Shown: piece after piece, positions 48,701-63,200 of the stretch
How the letters are laid out: every line of letters starts with the position of its first letter
How positions within the stretch are numbered: position 1 is the first letter of the stretch
Assembly (NCBI RefSeq): GCF_009914755.1
Contig: NC_060945.1
Reading direction: 5' to 3' (one strand)
Length of the DNA stretch: 64,000 nt
Source of the DNA: the human T2T-CHM13v2.0 reference genome, Homo sapiens
Program-made: the position numbers and the translations under genes
The notes under the pieces: model-generated
Database searches by the model: none
What the model was told of the DNA's origin: nothing
The model's input: the letters and a program-made list of their open reading frames with translations, nothing else

Positions 48701-51700
48701 ACATTATATACTGTACATAAAATATGAAATTACATCAAATATATATTATATTAGGTACATAAAATATGAAAGTACATCAAATATAGATTATATACTGTAC
48801 ATTAAATACCAAAGTACCCCAAATATATATATTATACTGTACATGAAATATCAAAGTTCACAAACTATATATTATATACTGTACATATAATATAAAAGTA
48901 CCCAAGGTATATATTCTATACTGTACAAAAAATATCAAAGTACCCAAAGCATGTATTATATACAGTACATAAAATATGAAAGTACATCAAATATATATTT
49001 TATTCTGTACATAAAATATCAAAGTACACCAGATATATATTCTATAGTGTACATAAAATATCAAAGTACCCAAACTATACATTATATACTGTACATAAAA
49101 TATGTAATTACATCAAATATATATAATATTAGGTACATAAAATATGAAAGTACATCAACTATAGATTATATACTGTACATTAAATACCAAAGTACCCCAA
49201 ATATATATTTTATACTGTACATGAAATATCAAAGTTCACAAACTATATATTATATACTGTACATAAAATATCAAAGTATCCAAGGTATATATTCTATACT
49301 GTACAAAAAATATCAAAGTACCCAAAGCATGTATTATATACTGTACCTAAAATGTGAAAGTACATCAAATATATATTTTATTCTGTACATAAAATATCAA
49401 AGTACACCAGATATATATTCTATAGTGTACATAAAATATCAAAGTACCCAAACTATACATTATATACTGTACAGAAAATATGAAATTACATCAAATATAT
49501 ATTATATTAGGTACATAAAATATGAAAGTACATCAAATATAGATTATACACTGTACATTAAATATCAAAGTACCCCAAATATATATTATATACTCTACAT
49601 GAAATATCAAAGTTCACAAACTATATATTATATACTGTACATAAAATAAAGTCCCCAAGGTATATATTCTATACTGTAGAAAAAATATCAAAGTACCCAA
49701 AGCATGTATTATATACTGTATATAAAATATGAAAGTACATCAAATATATATTTTATTCTGTACATAATATATCAAAGTACACCAGATATATATTCTATAG
49801 TGTACATAAAATAACAAAGTACAAAAACTATAAATTATATACTGTACATAAAATATGAAATTACATCAAATATATATTTGGTACATAAAATATGAAAGTA
49901 CATCAAATATGGATTATATACTGTACATAAAATTTCAATGTACCCCAAATATATATTTTATACTCTACATGAAATATCAAAGTTCACAAACCATATATTA
50001 TATACTGTACATAAAATATCAAAGTACCCAAGGTATATGTTCTATACCATACAAAAAATATCAAAGTACCCAAAGCATGTATTATATACTGTACCTAAAA
50101 TATGAAAGTACATCAAATATATATTTTATTCTGTACATAAAATATCAAAGTACACCAGATATATATTCTATAGTGTACATAAAATATCAAAGTACCCAAA
50201 CTATACATTATATACTGTACATAAAATATGAAATTACATCAAATATATATTATATTAGGTACATAAAATATGAAAGTACATCAACTATAGATTATATACT
50301 GTACATTAAATACCAAAGTACCGCAAATATATATTTTATAGTGTACATGAAACATCAAAGTTCACAAACTATATATTATATACTGTACATAAAATATCAA
50401 AGTACCCAAGGTATATATTCTATACTGTACAAAAAATATCAAAGTACCCAAAGCATGTATTATATACTGTACCTAAAATATGAAAGTACATCAAATATAT
50501 ATTTTATTCTGTACATAAAATATCAAAGTACACCAGATATATATTCTATAGTGTACATAAAATATCAAAATACCCAAACTATACATTGTATACTGTACAT
50601 AAAATATGAAATTACATCAAATATATATTATATTAGGTACATAAAATATGAAAGTACATCAAATATAGATTATACACTGTACATAAAATATCCAAGTACC
50701 CCAAATATATATTATATACTCTACATGAAATATCAAAGTTCACAAACTATATATTATATACTGTACATAAAATAAAGTCCCCAAGGTATATATTCTATAC
50801 TGTAGAAAAAATATCAAAGTACCCAAAGCATGTATTATATACTGTATATAAAATATGAAAGTACATCAAATATATATTTTATTCTGTACATAATATATCA
50901 AAGTACACCAGATATATATTCTATAGTGTACATAAAATAACAAAGTACAAAAACTATAAATTATATACTGTACATAAAATATGAAATTACATCAAATATA
51001 TATTAGGTACATAAAATATGAAAGTACATCAAATATAGATTATATACTGTACATAAAATTTCAATGTACCCCAAATATATATTTTATACTCTACATGAAA
51101 TATCAAAGTTCACAAACCATATATTATATACTGTACATAAAATATCAAAGTACCCAAGGTATATATTCTATACTATACAAAAAATATCAAAGTACCCAAA
51201 GCATGTATTATATACTGTACCTAAAATATGAATGTACATCAAATATATATTTTATTCTGTACATAAAATATCAAAGTACACCAGATATATATTCTATAGT
51301 GTACACAAAATATCAAAGTACCCAAACTATACATTATATACTGTACATAAAATATGAAATTACATCAAATATATTTTATATTAGGTACATAAAATATGAA
51401 AGTACATCACATATAGATTATATACTGTACATTAAATACCAAAGTACCCCAAATATATATTTTATACTGTACATGAAATATCAAAGTTCACAAACTATAT
51501 ATTATATACTGTACATATAATATCAAAGTACCCAAGGTATATATTCTATACTGTACAAAAAATAACAAAGTACCAAAAGCATGTATAATATACTGTACAT
51601 AAAATATGAAAGTACATCAAATATATATTTTATTCTGTACATAAAATATCAAAGTACACCAGATATATATTCTATAGTGTACATAAAATATCAAAGTACC

Positions 51701-54700
51701 CAAACTATACATTATATACTGTAAATAAAATATGAAATTACATCAAATATATTTTATATTAGGTACATAAAATATGAAAGTACATCAAATATAGATTATA
51801 TACTGTACATTAAATACCAAAGTACCCCAAATATATATTTTATACTGTACATGAAATATCAAAGTTCACAAACTATATATTATATACTGTACATAAATTA
51901 TCAAAGTACCCAAAGTATATATTCTATACTGTACAAAAAATATCAAAGTACCCAAGGCATGTATTATATACTGTACATAAAATATGAAAGTACATCAAAA
52001 ATATATTTTATTCTGTACATAATATATCAAAGTACACCAGATATATATTCTATAGTGTACATAAAATAACAAAGTACACAAACTATACATTATATACTGT
52101 ACATAAAATATGAAATTACATCAAATATATATTAGGTACATAAAATATGAAAGCACATCAAATATAGATTATATACTGTACATAAAATATCAATGTACCC
52201 CAAATATATATTTTATACTGTACATGAAATATCAAAGTTCACAAACCATATATTGTATACTGTACATAAAATATCAAAGTACCCAAGGTATATGTTCTAT
52301 ACTGTACAAAAAATATCAAAGTACCCAAAGCATGTATTATATACTGTACATAAAATATGAAAGTACATCAAATATATATTTTATTCCGTTCATAAAATAT
52401 CAAAGTACACCAGATATATATTCTATAGTGTACATAAAATATCAATCTACACAAACTATACATTATATACTGTACATAAAATATGAAATTACATCAAATA
52501 TATATTATATAAGGTACACAAAATATGAAAGTACATCAAATATAGATTATATGCTGTACATTAAATACCAAAGAACCCCAAATATATATTATATACTCTA
52601 CATGAAATATCAAAGTTCACAAACTATATATTATATACTGTACATAAAATATCAAAGTACCCAAGGTATATATTCTATACTGTACAAAAAATATCAAAGT
52701 ACCCAAAGCATGTATTATATACGGTATATAAAATATGAAAGTACATCAAATATATATTTTATTCTGTACATAAAATATCAAAGTACACCAGATATATATT
52801 CTATAGTGTACATAAAATATCAAAGTACCCAAACTATACATTATATACTGTACATAAAATATGAAATTACATCAAATATATATTATATTAGGTACATAAA
52901 ATATGAAAGTACATCAAATATAGATTATATACTGTACATTAATTACCAAAGTACCCCAAATATATATTTTATACTGTACATGAAATATCAAAGTTCACAA
53001 ACTATATATTATATACTCTACATATAATATCAAAGTACCCAAGGTATATATTCTATACTGTACAAAAAATATCAAAGTACCCAAAGCATGTATTATATAC
53101 AGTACATAAAATATGAAAGTACATCAAATATATATTTTATTCTGTACATAAAATATCAAAGTACACCAGATATATATTCTATAGTGTACATAAAATAACA
53201 AAGTACACAAACTGTAAATTATATACTGTACATAAAATATGAAATTACATCAAATATATATTAGGTACATAAAATAAGAAAGTACATCAAATATAGATTA
53301 TGTACAGTATATAAAATATCAATGTACCCCAAATATATATTTTATACTCTACATGAAATATCAAAGTTCACAAACCATATATTATATACTGTACATAAAA
53401 TATCAAAGTACCCAAGGTATATATTCTATACTGTACAAAAAATATCAAAGCACCCAAAGCATGTATTATATACTGTACATAAAATATGAAAGTACATCAA
53501 ATATATATTTTATTCTGTACATAAAATATCAAACTATACCAGATATATATTCTATAGTGTACATAAAATATAAAAGTACCCAAACTATACATTATATACT
53601 GTACATAAAATATGTAATTACATCAAAAATATATTATATTAGGTACATAAAATATGAAAGTACATCAAATATAGATTATATACTGTACATAAAATATCAA
53701 AGTACCCCAAATATATATTATATACTCTACATGAAATATCAAAGTTCACAAACTATATATTATATACTGTACATAAAATATCAAAGTACCCAAGTTATGT
53801 ATTCTAAACTGTCCAAAAAATATCAAAGTATCCAAAGCATGTATTATATACTGTATATAAAATATGAAAGTACATTAAATATATATTTTATTCTGTACAT
53901 AAAATATCAAAGTACACCAGATATACATTCTATAGTGTACATAAAATAACAAAGTACACAAACTATAAATTATATACTGTACATAAAATATGAAATTACA
54001 TCAAATATATATTAGGTACATAAAATATGAAAGTACATAAAATATAGATTATATACTGTACATATAATATCAATGTACCCCAAATATATATTTTATACTC
54101 TACATGAAATATCAAAGTTCACAAACCATACATTATATACTGTACATAAAATATCAAAGTACCCAAGGTATATATTCTATACTGTACAAAAAATATCAAA
54201 GTACCCAAAGCATGTATTATATACTGTACATAAAATATGAAAGTACATCAAATATATATTTTATTCTGTACATAAAATATCAAAGTACACCAGATATATA
54301 TTCTATAGTGTACATAAAATATAAAAGTACCCAAACTATACATTATATACTGTACATAAAATATGAAATTACATCAAATATATATTATATTAGGTACATA
54401 AAATATGAAAGTACATCAAATATAGATTATATACTGTACATAAAATATCAAAGTACCCCAAATATATATTATATACTCTACATGAAATATCAAAGTTCAC
54501 AAACTATATATTATATACTGTACATAAAATATCAAAGTACCCAAGGTATGTATTCTATACTGTCCAAAAATTATCAAAGTATCCAAAGCATGTATTATAT
54601 ACTGTATATAAAATATGAAAGTACATTAAATATATATTTTATTCTGTACATAAAATATCAAAGTACACCAGATATATATTCTATAGTGTACATAAAATAT

Positions 54701-56979
54701 AAAATACCCAAACTATACATTATATACTGTACATAAAATATGTAATTACATCAAAAATATATTATATTAGGTACATAAAATATGAAAGTACATCAAATAT
54801 AGATTATATACTGTACATAAAATATCAAAGTACCACAAATATATATTATATACTCTACATGAAATATCAAAGTTCACAAACTATATATTATATACTGTAC
54901 ATAAAATATCAAAGTACCCAAGGTATGTATTCTATACTGTCCAAAAAATATCAAAGTATCCAAAGCATGTATTATATACTGTATATAAAATATGAAAGTA
55001 CATTAAATATATATTTTATTCTGTACATAAAATATCAAAGTACACCAGATATATATTCTATAGTGTACATAAAATAACAAAGTACACAAACTATAAATTA
55101 TATACTGTACATAAAATATGAAATTACATCAAATATATATTAGGTACATAAAATATGAAAGTACATCAAATATAGATTATATACTATACATATAATATCA
55201 ATGTACCCCAAATATATATTTTATACTCTACATGAAATATCAAAGTTCACAAACCATACATTATATACTGTACATAAAATATCAAAGTACCCAAGGTATA
55301 TATTCTATACTGTACAAAAAATATCAAAGTACCCAAAGCATGTATTATATACTGTACATAAAATATGAAAGTACATCAAATATATATTTTATTCTGTACA
55401 TAAAATATCAAAGTACACCAGATATATATTCTATAGTGTACATAAAATATCAAAGTACCCAAACTATACATTATACACTGTACATAAAATATGAAATTAC
55501 ATCAAATATATATTAGGTACATTAAATATGAAAGTACATCAAATATAGATTATATACTGTACATAAAATATCAAAGTACCCCAAATATATATTATATACT
55601 CTACATGAAATATCAAAGTTCACAAACTATATATTATATACTGTAAATAAAATATCAAAGTACCCAAGGTATATATTCTATACTGTACAAAAAATATCAA
55701 AGTACCCAAAGCATGTATTATATACTGTACATAAAATATGAAAGTACATCAAATATATATTTTATTCTGTACATAAAATATCAAAGTACACCAGATATAT
55801 ATTCTATAGTGTACATAAAATAACAAAGTACACAAACTATAAATTATATACTGTACATAAAATATGAAATTACATCAAATATATATTAGGTACATAAAAT
55901 ATGAAAGTGCATCAAATATAGATTATATACTGTACATAAAATATCAATGTACCCCAAATATATATTTTATACTCTACATGAAATATCAAAGTTCACAAAC
56001 CATATATTATATACTGTACATAAAATATCAAAGTACCCAAGGTATATATTCTATACTGTACAAAAAATATCAAAGTACACAAAGCATGTATTATATACTG
56101 TACATAAAATATGAAAGTACATCAAATATATATTTTATTCTGTACATAAAATATCAAAGTACACCAGATATATATTCTATAGTGTACATAAAATATCAAA
56201 GTACCCAAACTATACATTATACACTGTACATAAAATATGAAATTACATCAAATATATATTATATTAGGTACATAAAATATGAAAGCACATCAAATATAGA
56301 TTATATACTGAACACTAAGTACCAAAGTACCCCAAATATATATTTTATACTGTACATCAAATATCAAAGTTCACAAACTATATATTATATACTGTACATA
56401 AAATATCAAAGTACTCATGGTATATATTCTATACTGTACAAAAAATATCAAAGTACCCAAAGCATGTATTATATACTGTACATAAAATATGAAAGTATAT
56501 CAAATATATATTTTATTCTGTATATAAAATATCAAAGTACACCAGATATATATTCTATAGTTTACATAAAATATCAAAGTACCCAAACTATACATTATAT
56601 ACTGTACATAAAATATGAAATTACATCAAATATATATTAGGTACATAAAATATGAAAGTACATCAAATATAGATTATATACTGTACATAAAATACCAAAG
56701 TACCCCAAATATATATTATATACTCTACATGAAATATCAAAGTTCACAAACTATATATTATATACTGTAAATAAAATATCAAAGTACCCAAGGTATATAT
56801 TCTATACTGTACAAAAAATATCAAAGTACCCAAAGCATGTATTATATACTGTATATAAAATATGAAAGTACATCAAATATATATTTTATTCTGCACATAA
56901 AATATCAAAGTACACCAGATATATATTCTATAGTGTACATAAAATAACAAAGTACACAAACTATAAATTATATACTGTA

Positions 56980-59900
56980 CATAAAATATGAAATTACATC
57001 AAATATATATTAGGTACATAAAATATGAAAGTACATCAAATATAGATTATATACTGTACATAAAATATCAATGTACCCCAAATATATATTTTATACTCTA
57101 CATGAAATATCAAAGTTCACAAACCATATATTATATACTGTACATAAAATATCAAAGTACCCAAGGTATATATTCTATACTGTACAAAAAATATCAAAGT
57201 ACTCAAAGCATGTATTATATACTGTACATAAAATATGAAAGTACATCAAATATATATTTTATTCTGTACATAAAATATCAAAGTACTCCAGATATATATT
57301 CTATAGTGTACATAAAATATCAAAGTACCCAAACTATACATTATACACTGTACATAAAATATGAAATTACATCAAATATATATTATATTAGGTACATAAA
57401 ATATGAAAGCACATCAAATATAGATTATATACTGTACATTAAATACCAAAGTACCCCACATATATATTTTATACTGTACATCAAAATCAAAGTTCACAAA
57501 CTATATATTATATACTGTACATAAAATATCAAAGTATCCATGGTATATATTCTATACTGTACAAAAAATATCAAAGTACCCAAAGCATGTATTATATACT
57601 GTACATAAAATATGAAAGTACATCAAATATATATTTTATTCTGTACATAAAATATCAAAGTACACCAGATATATATTCTATAGTGTACATAAAATATCAA
57701 AGTACCCAAACTATACATTATATACTGTACATAAAATATGAAATTACATCAAATATATATTATATTAGGTACATAAAATATGAAAGTACATCAAATATAG
57801 ATTATATACTGTACATAAAATATCAAAGTACCCCAAATATATATTATATACTCTACATGAAATATCAAAGTTCACAAACTATATATTATATACTGTACAT
57901 AAAATATCAAAGTACCCAAGGAATATATTCTATACTGTACAAAAAATATCAAAGTACCCAAAGCATGTATTATATACTGTATATAAAATATGAAAGTACA
58001 TTAAATATATATTTTATTCTGTTTGTAAAATATCAAAGTACACCAGATATATATTCTATAGTGTACATAAAACAACAAAGTACACAAACTATAAATTATA
58101 TACTGTACATAAAATATGAAATTACATCAAATATATACTAGGTACATAAAATATGAAAGTACATCAAATATAGATTATATACTGCACATATAATATCAAT
58201 GTACCCCAAATATATATTTTATACTCTACATGAAATATCAAAGTTCACAAACCATACATTATATACTGTACATAAAATATCAAAGTACCCAAGGTATATA
58301 TTCTACACTGTACAAAAAATATCAAAGTACCCAAAGCATGTATTATATACTGTACATAAAATATGAAAGTACATCAAATATATATTTTATACTGTACATA
58401 AAATATCAAAGTACACCAGATATATATTCTATAGTGTACATAAAATATCAAAGTACCCAAACTATACATTATATACTGTACATAAAATATGAAATTACAT
58501 CAAATATATATTAAGTACATAAAATATGAAAGTACATCAAATATAGATTATATACTGTACATAAAATATCAATGTACCCCAAACATATATTTTATACTCT
58601 ACATGAAATATCAAATTTCACAAACCATATATTATATACTGTACATAAATATCAAAGTACCCAAGGTATATATTCTATACTGTACAAAAAATATCAAAGT
58701 ACCCAAAGCATGTATTATATACTGTACATAAAATATGAAAGTACATCAAATATATATTTTATTCTGTACATAAAATATCAAAGTACACCAGATATATATT
58801 CTATAGTGTACATAAAATATCAAAGTACTCAAACTATACATTATATACTGTACATAAAATATGAAATTACATCAAATATATATTAGGTACATAAAATATG
58901 AAAGTACATCAAATATAGATTATATACTGTACATAAAATATCAAAGTACCCCAAATATATATTATATACTCTACATGAAATATCAAAGTTCACAAACTAT
59001 ATATTATATACTGTACATAAAATATCAAAGTACCCAAGGTATATATTCTATACTGTACAAAAAATATCAAAGTACTCAAAGCATGTATTATATACTGTAC
59101 ATAAAATATGAAAGTACATCAAATATATATTTTATTCTGTACATAAAATATCAAAGTACACCAGATATATATTCTATAGTGTACATAAAATATCAAAGTA
59201 CCCTAACTATACTTTATACACTGTACATAAAATATGAAATTACATCAAATATATATTATATTAGGTACATAAAATATGAAAGCACATCAAATATAGATTA
59301 TATACTGTACATTAAATACCAAAGTACCCCAAATATATATTTTATACTGTACATCAAAATCAAAGTTCACAAACTATATATTATATACTGTACATAAAAT
59401 ATCAAAGTATCCATGGTATATATTCTATACTGTACAAAAAATATCAAAGTACCCAAAGCATGTATTATATACTGTACATAAAATATGAAAGTACATCAAA
59501 TATATATTTTATTCTGTACATAAAATATCAAAGTACACCAGATATATATTCTATAGTGTACATAAAATATAAAAGTACCCAAACTATACATTATATACTG
59601 TACATAAAATATGAAATTACATCAAATATATATTATATTAGGTACATAAAATATGAAAGTACATCAAATATAGATTATATACTGTACATAAAATATCAAA
59701 GTACCCCAAATATATATTATATACTCTACATGAAATATCAAAGTTCACAAACTATATATTATATACTGTACATAAAATATCAAAGTAACCAAGGTATATA
59801 TTCTATACTGTACAAAAAATATCAAAGTACCCAAAGCATGTATTATATACTGTATATAAAATATGAATGTACATCAAATATATATTTTATTCTGTACATA
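56980..59900 (+). repeat. Duplicated ~1-kb block at 1873-bp (5-unit) offset; boundaries approximate
   Basis: ORFs 56988/58861 and 57587/59460. Shared 2-bp deletion CATCAAAATCAAAG (~57480/~59353), TATCCATGG and ACTCAAAGC. Confidence 0.78.
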
Positions 59901-59979
59901 AAATATCAAAGTACACCAGATATATATTCTATAGTGTACATAAAATAACAAAGTACAAAAACTATAAATTATATACTGT

Positions 59980-60226
59980 ACATAAAATATGAAATTACAT
60001 CAAATATATATTAGGTACATAAAATATGAAAGTACATCAAATATAGATTATATACTGTACATAAAATATCAAAGTACCCAAAGCATGTATTATATACTGT
60101 ACATAAAATATGAAAGTACATCAAATATATATTTTATTCTGTACATAAAATATCAAAGTACACCAGATATATATTCTATAGTGTACATAAAATATCAAAG
60201 TACCCAAACTATACATTATATACTGT
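59980..60226 (+). repeat. Irregular 247-bp 6-mer unit (m3-m5 missing)
   Basis: m1 ATG 59989 to 60236 = 373-126. m2 joins directly to m6 at ~60060. Confidence 0.86.
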
Positions 60227-63200
60227 ACATAATATATGAAATTACATCAAATATATATTATATTAGGTACATAAAATATGAAAGTACATCAAATATAGAT
60301 TATATACTGTACATTAAATACCAAAGAACCCCAAATATATATTATATACTCTACATGATATATCAAAGTTCACAAACCATATAATATATACTGTACATAA
60401 AATATCAAAGTACCCAAGGTATATATTCTATACTGTACAAAAAATATCAAAGTACCCAAAGCATGTATTATATACTGTACATAAAATATGAAAGTACATC
60501 AAATATATATTTTATTCTGTACATAAAATATCAAAGTACACCAGATATATATTCTATAGTGTTCATAAAATATCAAAGTACCCAAACTATACATTATATA
60601 CTGTACATAAAATATGAAATTACATCAAATATATATTATATTAGGTACATAAAATATGAAAGTACATCAAATATAGATTATATACTGTACATTAAATACC
60701 AAAGTACCCCAAATATATATTTTGTACTGTACATGAAATATCAGAGTTCACAAACTATATATTATATACTGTACATATAATATCAAAGTACCCAAGGTAT
60801 ATATTCTATACTGTACAAAAAATATCAAAGTACCCAAAGCATGTATTATATACAGTACATAAAATATGAAAGTACATCAAATATATATTTTATTCTGTAC
60901 ATAAAATATCAAAGTACACCAGATATATATTCTATAGTGTACATAAAATAACAAAGTACACAAACTATAAATTATATACTGTACATAAAATATGAAATTA
61001 CATCAAATATATATTAGGTACATAAAATATGAAAGTACATCAAATATAGATTATATACTGTACATAAAATATCAATTTACCCCAAATATATATTTTATAC
61101 TCTACATGAAATACCAAAGTTCACAAACCATACATTATATACTGTACATAAAATATCAAAGTACCCAAGGTATATATTCTATACTGTACAAAAAATATCA
61201 AAGTACCCAAAGCATGTATTATATACTGTACATAAAATATGAAAGTACATCAAATATATATTTTATTCTGTACATAAAATATCAAAGTACACCAGATATA
61301 TATTCTATAGAGTACATAAAATATCAAAGTACCCAAACTATACATTATATAATGTACATAAAATATGAAATTACATCAAATATATATTATATTAGGTACA
61401 TAAAATATGAAAGTACATCAAATATAGATTATATACTGTACATAAAATATCAAAGTACCCCAAATATATATTATATACTCTACATGAAATATCAAAGTTC
61501 ACAAACTATATATTATATACTGTACATAAAATATCAAAGTACCCAAGGTATATATTCTATAATGTACAAAAAATATCAAAGTACCCAAAGCGTGTATTAT
61601 ATACTGTATATAAAATATGAAATTCCATCAAATATATATTTTATTCTGTACATAAAATATCAAAGTACACCAGATATATATTCTATAGTGTACATAAAAT
61701 ATCAAAGTACCCAAACTATACATTATATACTGTACATAAAATATGAAATTACATCAAATATATATTATATTAGGTACATAAAATATGAAAGTACATCAAA
61801 TATAGATTATATACTGTACATTAAATACCAAAGTACCCCAAATATATATTTTATACTGTACATGAAATATCAAAGTTCACAAACTATATATTATATACTG
61901 TACATAAAATATCAAAGTACCCAAGGTATATATTCTATACTGTACAAAAAATATCAAAGTACCCAAAGCATGTATTATATACTGTACCTAAAATATGAAA
62001 GTACATCAAATATATATTTTATTCTATACATAAAATATCAAAGTACACCAGATATATATTCTATAGTGTACATAAAATATCAAAGTACCCAAACTATACA
62101 TTATATACTGTACATAAAATATGAAATTACATCAAATATATATTATATTAGGTACATAAAATATGAAAGTACATCAAATATAGATTATACACTGTACATA
62201 AAATATCAAAGTACCCCAAATATATATTATATACTCTACATGAAATATCAAAGTTCACAAACTATATATTATATACTGTACATAAAATAAAGTCCCCAAG
62301 GTATATATTCTATACTGTAGAAAAAATATCAAAGTACCCAAAGCATGTATTATATACTGTATATAAAATATGAAAGTACATCAAATATATATTTTATTCT
62401 GTACATAATATATCAAAGTACACCAGATATATATTCTATAGTGTACATAAAATAACAAAGTACAAAAACTATAAATTATATACTGTACATAAAATATGAA
62501 ATTACATCAAATATATATTAGGTACATAAAATATGAAAGTACATCAAATATAGATTATATACTGTACATAAAATTTCAATGTACCCCAAATATATATTTT
62601 ATACTCTACATGAAATATCAAAGTTCACAAACCATATATTATATACTGTACATAAAATATCAAAGTACCCAAGGTATATATTCTATACTATACAAAAAAT
62701 ATCAAAGTACCCAAAGCATGTATTATATACTGTACCTAAAATATGAATGTACATCAAATATATATTTTATTCTGTACATAAAATATCAAAGTACACCAGA
62801 TATATATTCTATAGTGTACACAAAATATCAAAGTACCCAAACTATACATTATATACTGTACATAAAATATGAAATTACATCAAATATATTTTATATTAGG
62901 TACATAAAATATGAAAGTACATCAAATATAGATTATATACTGTACATAAAATATCAAAGTACCCCAAATATATATTATATACTCTACATGAAATATCAAA
63001 GTTCACAAACTATATATTATATACTGTACATAAAATATAAAAGTACCCAAGGTATATATTCTATACTGTAGAAAAAATATCAAAGTACCCAAAGCATGTA
63101 TTATATACTGTATATAAAATATGAAAGTACATTAAATATATATTTTATTCTGTTTATAAAATATCACAGTACACCAGATATATATTCTATAGTGTACATA

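Noticed and set aside
39-63071. About 100 + strand ORFs encoding Y/I/K-rich 14-aa repeats
   Set aside because: They are an arithmetic by-product of a 42/378-bp repeat with one stop-free frame. Starts and stops coincide with recurrent satellite indels and SNVs, and there is no domain or gene context.
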